A stretch of 64,000 nt of DNA, from NCBI RefSeq assembly GCF_000281045.1, contig NW_008246077.1, forward strand, positions 719,264-783,263, in the 5' to 3' direction. The notes under the pieces were generated by a model, which had not been told where the DNA came from, searched no databases, and was given only the letters and a program-made list of their open reading frames with translations. This DNA is from Saprolegnia diclina VS20. Lineage: Eukaryota. The stretch's first letter is position 1; each line of letters begins with the position of its first letter. A program made the translations under genes and the position numbers. Shown piece after piece: positions 1 through 13,329 of this stretch.

Positions 1-2
1 CG

Positions 3-413
3 CCGTCGCTGACCAACGACGAGCTCCCGGGCGTCCGCGTCCATGGCCTCAAGGGCTCGAGCTACATGAGTAAGGTGTCCAACACGACGCAGATTGAAGA
101 CCGTGACCACGTGACGATCGCGTCCGAGACCGACAGCGTGTACACGGACGCACCCGATACGATCATCGTCCAGGCCGGTGTCGGCAACACCGTGCGCATC
201 GAGAAGCGCGCGTCGCTGCTCGGGGCACGCGCGCTCCCGAGCGACGCCGTTGTTTGGAACCCATGGACCGAGAAGGCGCATGGCCTTGGCGACTTTGGCG
301 ACGAAGAGTACCCGCAAATGCTGTGCGTCGAGCCTGGCGTCGTCTCGCGCCTCCAGCCCATCCGGCCGGCGGAAACCCTTGTGCTCAAGCAAGTGCTCAC
401 GCTCGCTGCGTGA
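3..413 (+). CDS. Glucose-6-phosphate 1-epimerase / aldose 1-epimerase family protein, 3' part (5' end outside window)
   Basis: The frame is open from base 3. It contains V.VHGLKG..Y, E.D.VY, DAVVWNPWTEKA..LGDFGDEEYPQMLCVEPG, which are typical of D-hexose-6-phosphate mutarotases. Confidence 0.85.
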   Translation, partial: PSLTNDELPGVRVHGLKGSSYMSKVSNTTQIEDRDHVTIASETDSVYTDAPDTIIVQAGVGNTVRIEKRASLLGARALPSDAVVWNPWTEKAHGLGDFGDEEYPQMLCVEPGVVSRLQPIRPAETLVLKQVLTLAA

Positions 414-752
414 CTCCAGACCCGTCCGACAGGAAGCGCAACTGCATATCTCTAATCCAACGCCATGCTGCATTGTCGTTGTGTGTACCATTACATACCG
501 TGCGGTCTTGCTGCATCCGAGGTCCGAGGTCGAGGACGAGAGCAGCGCTTGCCTTGTACGAGCAGCCCATAGAGTCCAGGTAGTTGGTCCAGCCGACCAG
601 GTCAAGCTGGTGCAAAGACAGCCCGTCTGGATGCGTCGAGTAGCCACCGATGGATTCTTCAACCCACGTCAGACGGCGTGGGACGTGCTCGTAGTGTTCC
701 GAAAACGACGACCGACCGACCATTGGGCTTTTCTTGCCAGGAAGCTGCCTTC

Positions 753-1508
753 ATGAACACGGTCCTGCGCGACCACACGCTCTTCTGCGAGATCACGGGA
801 TACCAGCGCGGACTCTTGGACGACCTACGCCCGCTCTACCGCGAGTGGACGACGATGGTCGATGGCTTTGGCAACATCGTGCATCTTGCGCCGCGCTACA
901 AGCCGTACGCCCTCGCCAGCGAAGTCGCGGCGCGACCGCCCATCTACACAAGCTTCTACTACCTCGGCTTGGACACGCGACGGCCCGACCCGCGCTTCCT
1001 CGTCTATATGGCCGTCGTCATGGGTGACCTCGACCGCCTCGTGCGATGGCGGCGCTGCATGGACGCACCGCCACCCCGGCTTTTTGCGCTCGCCGTGCGC
1101 CATGGCCACCTTCACATACTGACGCATCTGCATGGTCGTCACCTCATTGATGCATCGTCTGTGGCGCACATGGCGTTGATGGACGTAGCGGCTGCGCATG
1201 GCCATGTGGCGATCGTCGACTACCTGCACCGCCATGCGCTGGGCACATGCAGCGTCGAGGCCATGGACGCTGCGGCGACCAACGGCCATCTCGAGGTGGT
1301 GCGCTACCTGAGCACGCACCGGGACGAAGGGTGCACGGTGGCGGCGCTCGAAGGCGCGGCGTGCAAAGGCCACGTCCGGATCGTGCAGTTTCTCTTGCTC
1401 GGTTATCGCAATCAAGTGCCGGCGTTGCGGTTTGCCTATGACGTGGCATGGGCCAACGGCCATGGCGACGTGGCCGACGTGCTGCGCCCATACATTTTGA
1501 CGGCGTAG
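753..1508 (+). CDS. Ankyrin-repeat protein
   Basis: ATG at 753. Repeated motifs MDVAAAHGHVAIVDYLH, MDAAATNGHLEVVRYL, AACKGHVRIVQFL. Confidence 0.8.
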   Translation: MNTVLRDHTLFCEITGYQRGLLDDLRPLYREWTTMVDGFGNIVHLAPRYKPYALASEVAARPPIYTSFYYLGLDTRRPDPRFLVYMAVVMGDLDRLVRWRRCMDAPPPRLFALAVRHGHLHILTHLHGRHLIDASSVAHMALMDVAAAHGHVAIVDYLHRHALGTCSVEAMDAAATNGHLEVVRYLSTHRDEGCTVAALEGAACKGHVRIVQFLLLGYRNQVPALRFAYDVAWANGHGDVADVLRPYILTA

Positions 1509-1688
1509 CCACTTGCGATACACCAACAAGACGAACTAGACTAGAGTCGTATTAATCGTACGCATCGGAACGAGTTGGGATGGTGGGATGGAGCCCATGG
1601 GCGTGGGATCATACATAAGAAGGTGGTTATGCACGCGCCTACGATCGGCACGGACGGGGAGCAAGTAGACACAGGAAGGACGTGGGAC

Positions 1689-3328
1689 TTAGACCGCCGC
1701 CGTAAAGCCGCGTGGCGACCCGTCGAGCCATTGGCTCAGCTGCGGGCTCGTCAGCGACGGCGTCATCGAGTGGTCAAAGCCAAACGTATCGTGCTGGAGG
1801 CCGAGCGCGACGTCGATCGTCGGCGGCTTGAACGGCTTCTTGACGAGAGGTGCCGGCGCACTGGTCGTCGATGGCGGGAACGCTACCGAGACGTTGACGT
1901 CGGTGCGGAGACGGAGCGGCGGCACCGGGTCCATGTAAAAGTCCGAGTCCATTTCGGCGGGAAAGTCAATGTCGTCAAACGAAAACTTGGGCGTCGCCTT
2001 GAGCATCGCAGCCATGAGCGGCGACCGCCGCAGACTGTAGAGCGACGGTGTTGCTTGGTTGGACGCCGGGCCGTGGGACCCGAGCGGCGTCGTCGAGTTG
2101 AAGAATTCGGCCACTTGCTACACATACGGTTTTTAGTTCTCAGCGGCATCTCCCTTCAAGAAGAGTCGCACCTCGTTGAAGTCAAACTCGAGCGTCTCAA
2201 GCGGGTGGAACGGACTGTCCATGTCCGTAAACGTGGCGTCGCCAAACTGATCTTGGAGCAGAAGGCTCTCGTACGCGCCGGCGCGCTCGCGCGAGGGCGG
2301 CCCCATCGCGTGGGACGGCGTCGACCCGCGTTTCTTGCGCTTTGCGTTGGCGCACTTGGCCATCGGGTCTTCGGACGCACTGCTGAGGAGCGTCAAAAGC
2401 AGCTGTGTATGGTGCAGCCGCCGAGGCGTCGACGGCATGAACATGCCGCCGTCGCTGTTTGCCCCCGTGCAGACGTGTAAGTCCTTTCGCTTTCGCTTCG
2501 AGGACAAGCTCCGGTGCTTGTGCGGCGACGCGTTCGCTGGATGCAACGGCGAGTCCGTGCTCGTGTTGGGGTTCTCCTTGTTGAACAACAACACGTTGTA
2601 GCAGTCCCGGAACGTCGACGCTTGCTTGGGCGAGAGCCCTTGCACGAGGCTCTGCGCTCTATCGCGGCATGGGTTCATGGACTGTGGACGCCAATACTGT
2701 ACTTTGTCATGTGCAGACTCGGCGCGTGGCTGTCGTGCACGCCACCGTCGTCGGACGGGATCGCTACGTGGCGCGGTAGCCGCGGGTGCATGCCCGTCAG
2801 CGCCGGTGGCGGCGGCGCGGTCTTGTTGACCTGCTTGGCGATGCGGCGCATCGTGCGGCGCATGGATGAGTACCAATGGTTCTTGATCGCATTGTCCGTT
2901 CTGTCGTATCCTTAGCACACAACTTTACACGCACCATGTGGCTTCGCACCTGCCAGGTAGGAGCTTGGAGATCTCGGCCCACTTGTTGCCAAGGCGGTTC
3001 TGTGCATCTTCAATGATGCTTTCTTCTTCGGTCGTCCACGGGTCCTTCTTGATGCTCGGGTCCAAATGGTTGAGCCATCTAGAGGCGTAGATGTTGAAGC
3101 GAACGCCTATGGATGCGGCAACTACCGTGTCCGGCACTGCTTGCCCGTGCGTTCATTGCCAAAGTTCTCATTGTTGAGGTGGTCCGAGATGACGGACCAG
3201 CGCTTGGTGCCATACTCGTCGACGAGCCGGATAATGCTCTCGTCTTCCTTGCGCGTCCACGCCCGGCGCTCGTACGCCGAGCCCGACGACGCCGTCTTCT
3301 TCGTGCTGCTGTCCGACTCGTCGTGCAT
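1689..3328 (-). CDS. R2R3-Myb transcription factor (multi-exon)
   Basis: Spliced repeats WTRKEDESIIRLVDEYGTKRWSVI...RTGKQCRTRWLNHLDPSIKKDPWTTEEE...GNKWAEISKLLPGRTDNAIKNHW, followed by a long S/P-rich C-terminus. The start codon is uncertain. Confidence 0.9.
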
Positions 3329-3667
3329 GTTGCAAGTTGGCAAATGCGCAAAGGTCGCGTCCGAAACTCACTTGGTCTTTGTATGGCGTTGCGTGAAGGG
3401 GCACATCAGGATCGGCGTCCGGATACGCCCACCCGCATCAGCGACACCGCATCCGGATTCCTGCTGCGATCTTGCTTTGCGAGAAAGGCAGGAAATGGCG
3501 CCGCCTGCTTGGTGGATGCAGCGTGTACATCTTAGCTCCATAGCAAGCGAAGTTCCTACAGCTGCATTCGTTGGTGGTCTAGAAGGGAACGTAGTGGTCC
3601 AAGATGCGCATCAGTTGCAGCTTCCGGGCAAGAGACACGGACGTTTCAACGGCCGGCCGGACGACCG

Positions 3668-5239
3668 ATGCAGTTCTATCGCACGGCGCCGGAAGACCTT
3701 CTGCGTCTTCTGGAGCAGCATGGAAAGGACGTAGTTGCAGTGCAGCGCGTCCTCGCCGAGCTGCACCGGTGCATTCGGGACGACGCGACCAGCCGCGAGC
3801 GCATGGCGCAGTGCCACGTGGTGAGTCGCCTCGCCGCCCACATCGAGCTGCATGCAACGCAGCCCGGGTTTCTCCTGCAGCTGAGTATCTTGCTCGACGC
3901 ACTCGTGATATACGACGGTTTGGCTTCTCGCCTGGAGTGTGAATCAGCACCCATAACGTAGAGCACTCGACCGCCGAGCTCCAGTCGGCCATCGTGCGCC
4001 ATGGCTTGTGGCGCCTCGTGCTTCGTGGCATGCAAGCCACTGCCGTCGACGACGAGCTTCAAGCTCATGGCTGTGCACTCACATCGACGCTGTGCTACGA
4101 CTACCCGCGGGCACCCCACGGTGCGCCATTGCAGATCGGAAATCGCTCACGACGGGCGCTGTAGATGAAAACCAAGTGGAAATGGTGCAAAGTGGCGCTC
4201 TCGAGGCCATTCGAACACTGCTCGTTGCCGAGAGTACGCCTCTGGCAACGTATCTCTGCGGCGTCAGAGCCATCGGCGATCTCTGCTACAAGAATGGTAC
4301 GTGGGGTCGTGACGTTCTCTTGAAACTCTTATTGTGCACAGTGGCCAACACGGAAATCGTCCTCAAAATCAGCTTGTTTCCGCTGCTTTCGCACGGCCTC
4401 GACGAGCATGCCAAGCACGCAGCTGTGCTGGAGGCCATCGCTCGTGTGTTTTTTGTGTGTCTGGTTGCCCACCCTCGTACTTGGGTTGTTCTCGCATCGG
4501 AATTGTGATCCAGACAACGGTAGATCCAAGCAAGCGCGGGATACTGCAGTGCAGCGTCCTCGAGCGCGCGCTGCACTGCCTGCACAGCCGCGACTTGCTC
4601 GTCTCGACCGCGTACAGCATCCTGCGTCTTCTCGAAACGACGCTGCGCGACGACGGTACAGTGCGTTGCTAAATTTAGCGTCACGATTTCTATAGAAGCG
4701 GCCAAAGATTTGCTCACGCAACTCGATGGGGCCAACGTCATCATCAACGCCGTCGAGCAGCTCAGCGACAAGTACCACGATAGCATTGGTCATCTCGTGT
4801 TCTTAGCCGCCGCGATCTTTTCGAGCATGTCGCTGCACGTGCCAGCAGGTACAGCTATGAGCAATAATATGTGGAATCTCCAATAACGATGGCGACGTAG
4901 GCGGCCGGCCCGCGCCCCAGGCCACACGCATCCAAGGTCTCATGCAGCACGGGGCTCACACGTTTGCGGTCTCGTCGCTCACGAGTTTTCCTACAGAAAC
5001 TTTTGTCTTGGAGCAGTGCCTCTGCCTCATGGAGCGGCTCATGATCAGCAGTGCGTACTCTTGTGACGTGGCACGCTCTGACGCCAGTTTGCGTAGATCA
5101 CTATCGGCTGATGCTGGTGCGGGCGGGCGCGGTGCGCAACGTGCGCTACATTTACAACACCAAACAGAAGCAGCACGAAGGGCTTCTTGAGCTCTGCGAG
5201 CGCGTCATGAGCACGCTGGACAAGGAGACATCGACCTGA
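3668..5239 (+). CDS. Hypothetical helical (armadillo-like) repeat protein, many introns
   Basis: Leu/Ala-rich helical exon fragments (NQVEMVQSGALEAIRTLL, LMLVRAGAVRNVR) separated by short GT-AG introns. The exact model is uncertain. Confidence 0.55.
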
Positions 5240-5350
5240 TGGTTGCAACTTCAACGTGTATTTTAATGTACAATTTTTTTAAAATGGTTTTCGGACCGAA
5301 GGTTGAAATTCGGATATGGCCTGAAAATAGGCAGATTCGAAACACGAAGC

Positions 5351-6498
5351 ATGGAAGTCTGGTGGGAGACGAAGGAAGATTGCCTGTGGCTGGTCTACTA
5401 TCTCGTCTTCATCGCGCCGCTCCATGCGCTCCTCATCGGCTACCTCGAGCGCCAAGGGAAGCAGGTCACGCCGTCCAAGGCCATCATATGGATCGCGTCG
5501 CTCGCGCTCATGTCGACCTTCCTGCCGCTGGTAGGCGCATGGCGCTGCTCGCATGCACTCCTCATGGACCTCTAGCTTGTGCGCAAGAAGCTGTCCGAGT
5601 CGAGCCCCTACCGCCTTCTCAGCGTACGTCGGTATTGCTATGGCTCGATTGACGCGCCGTGTGTAGGTCTCGCGCTACGGCCCCAAGTACGTCTGGGCGC
5701 AGCAGTACAGCCACTTGAAGCAGTACTTTACGAGCGGCCAAATGAGCCCCGACATCTGGGCTGTCTTTGACGCCGCTTACGACGTACGGCGCCCTTGTTC
5801 TCGTCGGTGAAGACTCATGCTTGGCAGAAACTCTACGACGATGGCACGCGCCGAGCATTCGAGGTGTGGGGCCCGAATTTTGAGACGCTCCTGAGTGCTC
5901 ACATGCCATACAACCTCGCGCTCTTCTACGTCCTCTGGCTTGTTGGCATGTACGTACCGAAAGCTGTTCACGCTGACGACTCATTGCGATACTCTAGCTA
6001 CGCAACGACGGTCGGACGCAAGTACGCCCATGCGCGGGACCTCGCGACCGCCGGTCTCTTGGTCGTCCGTTACCACGTGTCGTTTGCGCTTGATCGTATA
6101 GGATGCTTCTAGGTTCTTGTGTTTGAGATGAGCATTCGCTTCATGGGCTACAACCCGCTGTTTATGCTTCTGCCGCAGACGACGCCGAATGAGATGATCT
6201 TGCTCGTGCATGCGTACGCTTCGGGGTACGACGGACGATCTGACGACGTCTTCTTAGGCTCTTTCCTGCGTGGGTTCTCGGCTACACGTCCTTCAAGCGC
6301 ATCTTTTTCGTCGATATGCTGCAGCACAAGAACGACTGCCTTGAGTATGCGCTCGCCACCAACGAAGTACGACGACCAATATCCCTACGTCAAACCCACC
6401 TGTCGTGGCCGTAGAAGACCAAGAAGGCGCTCGAGAGCATGCGGGTCGAGATCCGCAAGCTCAAGGACACCAAGGAGACGACGTCGATTCAAGCCTAA
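5351..6498 (+). CDS. Hypothetical multi-pass membrane protein with C-terminal coiled coil
   Basis: Several hydrophobic segments (LWLVYYLVFIAPLHALLIGYL, NLALFYVLWLVG) across short introns, ending KALESMRVEIRKLKDTKETTSIQA*. Confidence 0.6.
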
Positions 6499-6705
6499 CG
6501 CCACCATGCACCGCGGCGCTGTTAGACCAGAGCGGAGCGCCGTACTAGTGTAAGGCTCAAACACGAAAGCATCGCCACTGGCTCGACGACACTTTTACAC
6601 TCGATGGCATACAAATATCAAGAGAAGGGCTAGGGTCTCGCTTTTCCCAACGCAAAAGCTCGGTGATGTCTAAATGAAGGCGCTCATATTTCGATCACGA
6701 TTGAA

Positions 6706-7260
6706 ATGCAAGCACCTCGCTGGAACTCCTCCACGAACGCGGCCTCCAAGGCCAAGCCTGGACCGACAACGTCGGCCCGTACGACGCGCGCCGCCTCGGC
6801 TGCCTGCACACGCACCGCCGCGACTATCCCCACGCGCACGCAGCGCGCGGCAACAGCGCCGGAAGTGATGGTCGTCGCTGGACGCCACGCCCGTGAGCTC
6901 GCTGCCTTGCGCGCCGAGTACGAAGAACACCTCGAGAGCCTCCGCACCGACTGCCAGATGCAGTTGGCGGCGTTGGCCACGACCTTGCGTGTCGAGCACC
7001 AAGCCAGCATCGCCGCTGTGACGACGACGCTGCAGGAAGAACACCAGAAAGCCTTGGCTGCCTCGGATGCCAAGCTGCGCCACGATCACTCGATCAAAGA
7101 GACAGCTCTCATCTCCGAGCTCACGAAGCTGGCCGCCCAGCGTGACGGCAGCCTCGAGCGCGCTCAGGTTCTGTTCGCTCAATCGCAGGGCCTGCGCCAC
7201 GATCTGCACAAGCTCGCCAAGTTCAATCGCGGTCTCCAGACCAAGATCGCCAAGACGTAA
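6706..7260 (+). CDS. Hypothetical coiled-coil protein
   Basis: 184-aa ORF with heptad-like E/L/A/Q-rich segment and coding-like codon usage. Confidence 0.5.
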   Translation: MQAPRWNSSTNAASKAKPGPTTSARTTRAASAACTRTAATIPTRTQRAATAPEVMVVAGRHARELAALRAEYEEHLESLRTDCQMQLAALATTLRVEHQASIAAVTTTLQEEHQKALAASDAKLRHDHSIKETALISELTKLAAQRDGSLERAQVLFAQSQGLRHDLHKLAKFNRGLQTKIAKT

Positions 7261-7558
7261 ACTCGCCGAACCGGATGGAATCGGTAGTGACGCAGAAGCA
7301 ATCAACCACGACCAAGCAGCAGATACAGCATACGAGCACATCAACAGCCCCAATGACGTTCTCGAGAGGCTGGCAATGTTCGAAACAGTGAAACAAAACA
7401 GGATAATACCTCATTTGCTGTTAATCGACCCGAAGTCTGCAGTCTGAAGTGCGTATTTCAAAGATAAGTGTGAGGCGGGTAACCGAGATATGTAAAACTG
7501 CATTTACGTCTAATGCAAGATGACAGCAACATCATTGAGAGGACAAGTAATGCAATTG

Positions 7559-10246
7559 CTACTGCGTCGTGGTCGAGCCCATGTAGTTGAAAGGGTTGGT
7601 GGCCTTGGCCATTTTCTGCATGTTGGTCTTCAAGCTTTCCGTCATGTCGGTCACTTTTTCTTCGACGCCGGCCATGCTGCGCTGCTTGGGGGCGGCGGCT
7701 TGGAGGCCGAGTTGCTCCAAAAGCGCAAGCTGGTCGGTCTTTTTGAGCCCCTTCATGTTCAAGATGCCCTGAAAGTCCGCCGCGTTGCCGTCGGGCCACA
7801 TGATCTTGAAGCTCTCGACGAGCATTTCCGTTGGCGTCCCAATGAGCTTGAGCACGGCTTCGACGTGCGCCATTTCGGCGTTGACAAACTTGGCGTAGCG
7901 CGCGGGCACGGTGACGCCGCCAACTTCGCCCTCACGGCCCATGGCCGGGAGGTTGAGAAAGAGCATCTTGAGCGCATGCACATCCAAAAGCAGCTGCTGC
8001 GTCGCGACGGCGCTCACTCGCTTGCACTTGAGGATGCTCCCGAGCACCTTGGGTACGACCGCGGCCGCGAGCTTGTCGCAAAAGTTGGTGAAATACAGCC
8101 CCGAGAGCATGCTGTGGAGCGTCGGGACGAACGGCCGGAGCTTGTCGGCGATCGCCATGACGTACGCGCTCTCGTCACCGACGTTCTCAAACGAGGCCCA
8201 GTTCACGCGCTGCATGTTGGTCCACTCGTCGTCGAGGAGGTTGTCGAGGCCGAGGACAATGCACTTCATGGCCGCGGTCGCCACGTCGTGGCACGTGTCT
8301 GTCTCCTTGGCGAGCTCGATCGCGTCCGTGTACGCCGGGTCAATCTTGGCGCGGATCACATCTTCGAGCGACGGGAGCTACGCATTGTGTTGTTGTTGTT
8401 GTTGAACATGTCGCATACTATGACGACGTACGGTTTCCGCGCAGTACTCGGCCGTGTTGATGACAAAGCACAGCTCTTCCTCTTGCTTTTCGGCGAGCCG
8501 CCACCGGGCCGCGCTTGCCGACGCCGAATCACTGACCGCGAACGCCGGCAACTTGGCAAGGAGGCGCTGGGCGTACAGCGAGACGCAGTGCTTGAACTCG
8601 AGATGCAAATCAAAAAAGGTTTGGCCATTCGTGAGCGCCGTGCAGCGCTTGACGCTGTTGCGAATGTACGCAAACATGTTGACCGACGACGAAAAGACAG
8701 GCAATGCGCCGTTGCGGTCGACGAGTTCGGACCCCATGACCTCATGGAGCATCGCTTCCTACCGCCCAGTGATCAATCTTTCAACGTATCAAGCGACAAC
8801 GTACCATGTTTTTACGCTCGAGCGCCACGTACGCCGTCATGTACGGGTCAAAGGTCCGCGAAAGCACGCCCTGGAGCGACGGAATCGTCTCTTCGTGCTC
8901 GTGGCTCACGCCCATGTGCTCTTCGTTCTGCGCCTTTGTCTGGAGCTCGGCACGGATCGCCTTTTGCTCGGCGACGCGCTTCTGCCGCAGCAGCCGGCGC
9001 TTGATGCCCTCGGCGGACGCCGGGTCGATGAGCTGTCCCTTCTCGTTCAGTTCGGGCCGATTGTCGTCGACATCCCCCTATCCGCAACGTCGATGACGTT
9101 CTTGTACAGCTTGGAGCCAATCAGTTCTTACCTCGTAGCGCTGGACGACTTCGCGCTCAAAGAGCAGTGCTTTTTGGAGTGCCTTGAGGAGCGACGTGAC
9201 ATCGAGCTCGTCCGAGCCGACGGCGCCGAGCTGCGACAAGAGGTGCACGCGCGTGCGCTCGCAAAAGAAGAGGCAGAGGCGGCGACTCATTTGCCAGTGC
9301 ACGGGGAAGATGGCCTCCATGCGCGACTCGATGGCTGCGATGAGCTGGAAGAACCATGCAAAGCGCGCGTCAATGTTGCTCAGGCCACCGGCGACGGCCT
9401 TGCCACCAAACGCTTTTTCGTAAGGCTACAAGCACTTTGTTTTGAGATTGAGATTGACGCGATCTTTCGTACCACAAGCTGCTCGGTGCAAAATGTCGTC
9501 ACGAGCTTGGCGCGCGTCTCGTGCCCGAGCGCCGACACAACCGCGCACGCGGTCGTGAGGTTCTTGAACATGTGCTGCATCTCGGCCTCGTCCTTGGCGA
9601 TCGCGTCGACGGACGCGAGAGGGCCAATGACCTGGAAGTCGCCGAAAATCTGCGTCTCGAGGTCGACCCGGATCGCATGGACCGACTTTTGCAGCTCCAT
9701 GATCTTGGTCACCTTGGTGTAGCCCTCAAAGTGCGTAAAGAGACTGTTGACGGCCTCCATGAGACTCGCGGCTTCCTTGTACAGCCGCTGCGACGCCATG
9801 TACTCGAGCTGGTCGACTGCGGTCACGAGCATGTGCAATCGCTTTAGCGCCGTGATCGACGTTTGTAAATGGCGCTTGGCGTAGTCGAGCTGCTTGATAT
9901 CGCGGCAGATCTCCTGCACCATGACCTCCGACTGCTCGGCCTTGCCGCGAATGTCGTAGATCTTGGTGTAGAGCTGCGAGACGGCCTTCTGCGCCTCCTT
10001 GAGGTCGGCCAAGGCCTGATGCGCGGCGAGCGACTGCTCCTGGGAGGCGTGCGAGAGGTTCTCGTCGAGCTCTTTCATGCGCCCGTTGAGGCGGCTCACA
10101 AAGGGCTCGATGTCAGCGAGCGACGACTCGTCGGGGAAGTTGCGGTTGATGAACTCGACGCAGTCAAACTCGGCGCGGTCGAGCACGTCCTCGGACGGGA
10201 GCACGCGCGAGATTGCGTCTTCGACGCCGACGGGCAGTTGCATCAT
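7559..10246 (-). CDS. VPS53: Vacuolar protein sorting 53 (GARP/EARP subunit)
   Basis: N-terminal DVLDRAEFDCVEFINRNFPDESSL and KAEQSEVMVQEICRDIKQLDYAKRHLQTSITALKRLHML; C-terminal NTAEYC, VGDESAYV, FCDK, QQLLLD. Confidence 0.95.
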
Positions 10247-11257
10247 CGCAATACAATCTTCCTTCCGTGACTGCGCACTCAACTCAATTCTTGAAGTTTT
10301 GAGCTCAATGCCATGTTTTCAGTCTTGAGTTTTAACCGTTGCAACTTGCGGCTGGGACGCGGTTCGAGACACGAAGTGACGATCTTTTTGATTGAGGCTA
10401 AATCCACGCAGCTTTATGACATTTTGAACAGCGCCTTTGCTGTGGGCGTTCGGAAGGACGACTGCATCTTCTCTCATTTGCGATCGACGACCGAGTGGTG
10501 TGGTTCTGATGCGTGCAAGAGTCACCTTGTGACATAATGCGTACTCGTGCAGTACACTGCTAGGAAGTGGCTAGTAGAAGATAGACCACGGGACAACACA
10601 ACCCGTCGATGTTGATAATCGTGCTCGACTTAAGTATCTCGCCAAAAGAAGAAACAAAGAAATGCAGCTGAGCTCTCTATTCTTCTTGTTACAAGCCATA
10701 ATGGCATCGTAAAATGACGTTGTTGGACCAGTGTTGGTGGACTTGCTGCAACCCTTCAAAGTAATTCAACACCGCAAGCTATCGCGATTAGTACGCTGTG
10801 GCCTGCATATTTGGTATGCCCTACTAGTCGAGCCTAGATATAGCTCCATCATAACACGTCCATGCCCTTTGTCGTAATAAGCTCACGGAACCCATCTTGG
10901 CACGCGAAGGATGGATCCTGAGGGAATCAATTGGCGTGCATTTAGCCAAAGCCGTGGCATCCGGATACGTGGCGGCGCGAAGGGAGAGACTTCGAGAAAA
11001 ATACAACGGCCATCAATTTAAAAGACGCAGGCCGCGCTCAATACAATCATCAAGCTAATTGAATAAATGATGCTCAAAATTTTAAAACCGATATGAGTGG
11101 TGGGGGGAATACGCGTGTGTGATTGGCAGAAATGTCGCTAAATCGATGCTAGGATTGGCTTGGGCTTTTGGGGCAGAGGCGGCGGCGGCGGCGGGATTTT
11201 GATACTTGGCGTTTGTATCAGCCGATAGTATTTTTCATTTCAACGCGAAGGAGCAAC

Positions 11258-11934
11258 ATGTCCACTGAAGAAGTCAAGCACGAAACTGCGGCCGCGGTCG
11301 CCGCCGAGGCCGAGGACCACGAGGACGCCGGCGTCGAGACGGGCGAGTCGGAGGAGCCGCAGGCTTACTTCGAGCCCGTCGTCAAGCTCAACGAAGTCGA
11401 GGTCGTCTCGGGTGAGGAAGACGAGGAAGTCCTCTTCGCCATGTACGCAATACGAGCTCTCCAAAGATACGCAACATGCTCATAAACACATATAGGCGCG
11501 CCAAGCTCTTTGACTACCGTGAGACGCTCCTTGACAAGGGCACGGGCACCAAGACGTGGTGCGAGCGTGGTGTCGGCAACGTCCGCTTCCTTAAGCACAA
11601 GGAGGCCGGCAAGGTCCGCATGCTCATGCGCCAGGAGAAGACGCTCAAGATCACGATCAACCACTTGGTCGAGTCGCGCGCCGAGTTGGGTGCCAACATG
11701 GGCAGCGACCGCGCCTGGGTCTGGACGTGCTACGATTTCTCGGAGGGCGTCGTCGAGGCCAAGACGTTCGCGCTGCGTTTCGCCAACGCCGAGAACGCCC
11801 AGGCGTTCAAGGAAGCCCACGACAACGCCAAGAAGACCAACAAGGCCCTCGAAGCTGGCGCTGACGCTGAGGACACCTCGGCCGGCGACGCTGCCGCCAA
11901 GGCCCTCGAGAGCCTTGACGTCAAGAAGGATTAA
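11258..11934 (+). CDS. RANBP1: Ran-binding protein 1
   Basis: FEPVVKL...GEEDEEVLF, RAKLF, W.ERGVG, RMLMRQEKTLKI, GSDRAWVW, FALRFANAENAQAFK. One intron at about 11443-11495. Confidence 0.95.
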
Positions 11935-12046
11935 TTTTACAACTACTGCATGAACCAGTTCACAACTTGGATATGTGTTCCATTATTCGAAAGAGCTTCG
12001 TTGCGTACAATGTACATTGAAGACTAGTAGAACGGAAGTGGTAGAG

Positions 12047-13329
12047 CTACTTGGATTCGGGTAGCAGCCGAATGGTGGCGTCATCGGCCTTGTGTCCCTC
12101 AATGCCACGTGCGGTCGGCGGCGGCGCGCGGCTGTAGACAACGAGGCCCGATATGATGAAGACGAAGCCGACGCAGTAGAGCCAACTGAGCGACTGCTGG
12201 AACAAGTAGACGCCCGCGACGACACCGAAAAAGTCGGACGTGAGAAGCGACATGTTGAAGATCGCCGCGTCGCCTTCCCGGAGCATGACCTAGTAAGATC
12301 CAAGCATGAGTGTGTTCTTGGCATTTGATGTCATACCGAGGTGACCGAGTACATGAGGAAGAGCCCGAGGACGTAACCGATAAAGAAGATGACGCTTCCC
12401 GTGGACCTACACCAGTGGATTTACCTCAATCAAAAATGAACATGACAATACCACTCGATGGCCTCAAAGGTGTGGCGCTCGTACGCGTAGGCTTGGACGG
12501 CGCTGAGGGCAAAGCCAAAGAGACCGAGCATACCAAGAAACTCCCGCTACGAAGTGCAAGCATGAGGCACGCGCGCTTCGATTGCATGCGTACCCGAGAC
12601 TTGGTCTTCACGCAGTGCTCTTGGGCCACGTTCGAGATGGCGTAGATCGTCGAGCCAAGAAGGCAAAGTAGGTCGCCAAAGAGCGCGTGCCAGTCCGTCG
12701 ACGCATCCACTTGGTCCTGCGCCCGGACAATGTCCGAGATCATGAGAAACGTGATGCCTGACAAGCACAAGGCGACGCCGGTGAAATGCACGCGCGTGTA
12801 CTACAGAGGCGTCAGCATGCTTCGTCGCCTCATTACACATTACCTTGGCGTCGAGGAAATTGATGGACAGGAACATGACCACGGGCAGCGTAAAGCAGTC
12901 CAGCAGCATGACGCTCGTGATCGTCGTGTACTTGTACGCGAGGACCGTGAGAAAGTTGCCTTCGACGTCCGCTAGTGCGATGAGCGCATACTGCCACCAC
13001 GGCGTCTACCACGCAGCAACATGGCATTCGCCCATCACTGGTCATTGCGCACCTCGGAGCAAAAGTCGGGCGTCGTCCACCATAGATGCGCGAGGTAGCC
13101 GATCAAGAGAAAGTAGTTGCCCACGTTCTGCGTCGTCGCAAGCTCCACCTAATGCGAGCGTCGGATCCATGAGCCCGTGAGCCCAAGCGTGCAGCGTCCA
13201 TGGCCTGCCACGTACCCCGTAGTTGAGCGTGAGCTCTTGCGTGCAGATGCTCGTGGCCGTGATGAAGAGCGAGATGCTCTGCCCGAGGAAGAGGATACGA
13301 TGGTTGCGTAAACAGTCCGTGATGCCCAT
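12047..13329 (-). CDS. SLC35F1/F2-like drug/metabolite-superfamily transporter (DUF914)
   Basis: LFLGQSISLFIT, DVEGNFLTVLAYKYTTITSVMLLDCFTLPVV, GDLLCLLGSTIYAISNVAQE, FNMSLLTSDFF; multi-exon. Confidence 0.9.

Noticed and set aside
397..723. 108-aa minus-strand ORF
   Set aside because: It has no recognisable motif and overlaps the epimerase 3' end, so it cannot be supported as a gene.
7520..9004. Long antisense ORFs (also 18059-19258, 49124-50629, 57877-59652, 61787-62545)
   Set aside because: They are shadow frames opposite well-supported genes, expected from strong GC3 bias, and carry no family motifs.
10300..11100. Lower-GC intergenic stretch as transposon remnant (also 16200-16700 and 30250-30720)
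   Set aside because: No terminal repeats and no transposase or reverse-transcriptase-like peptides are visible.
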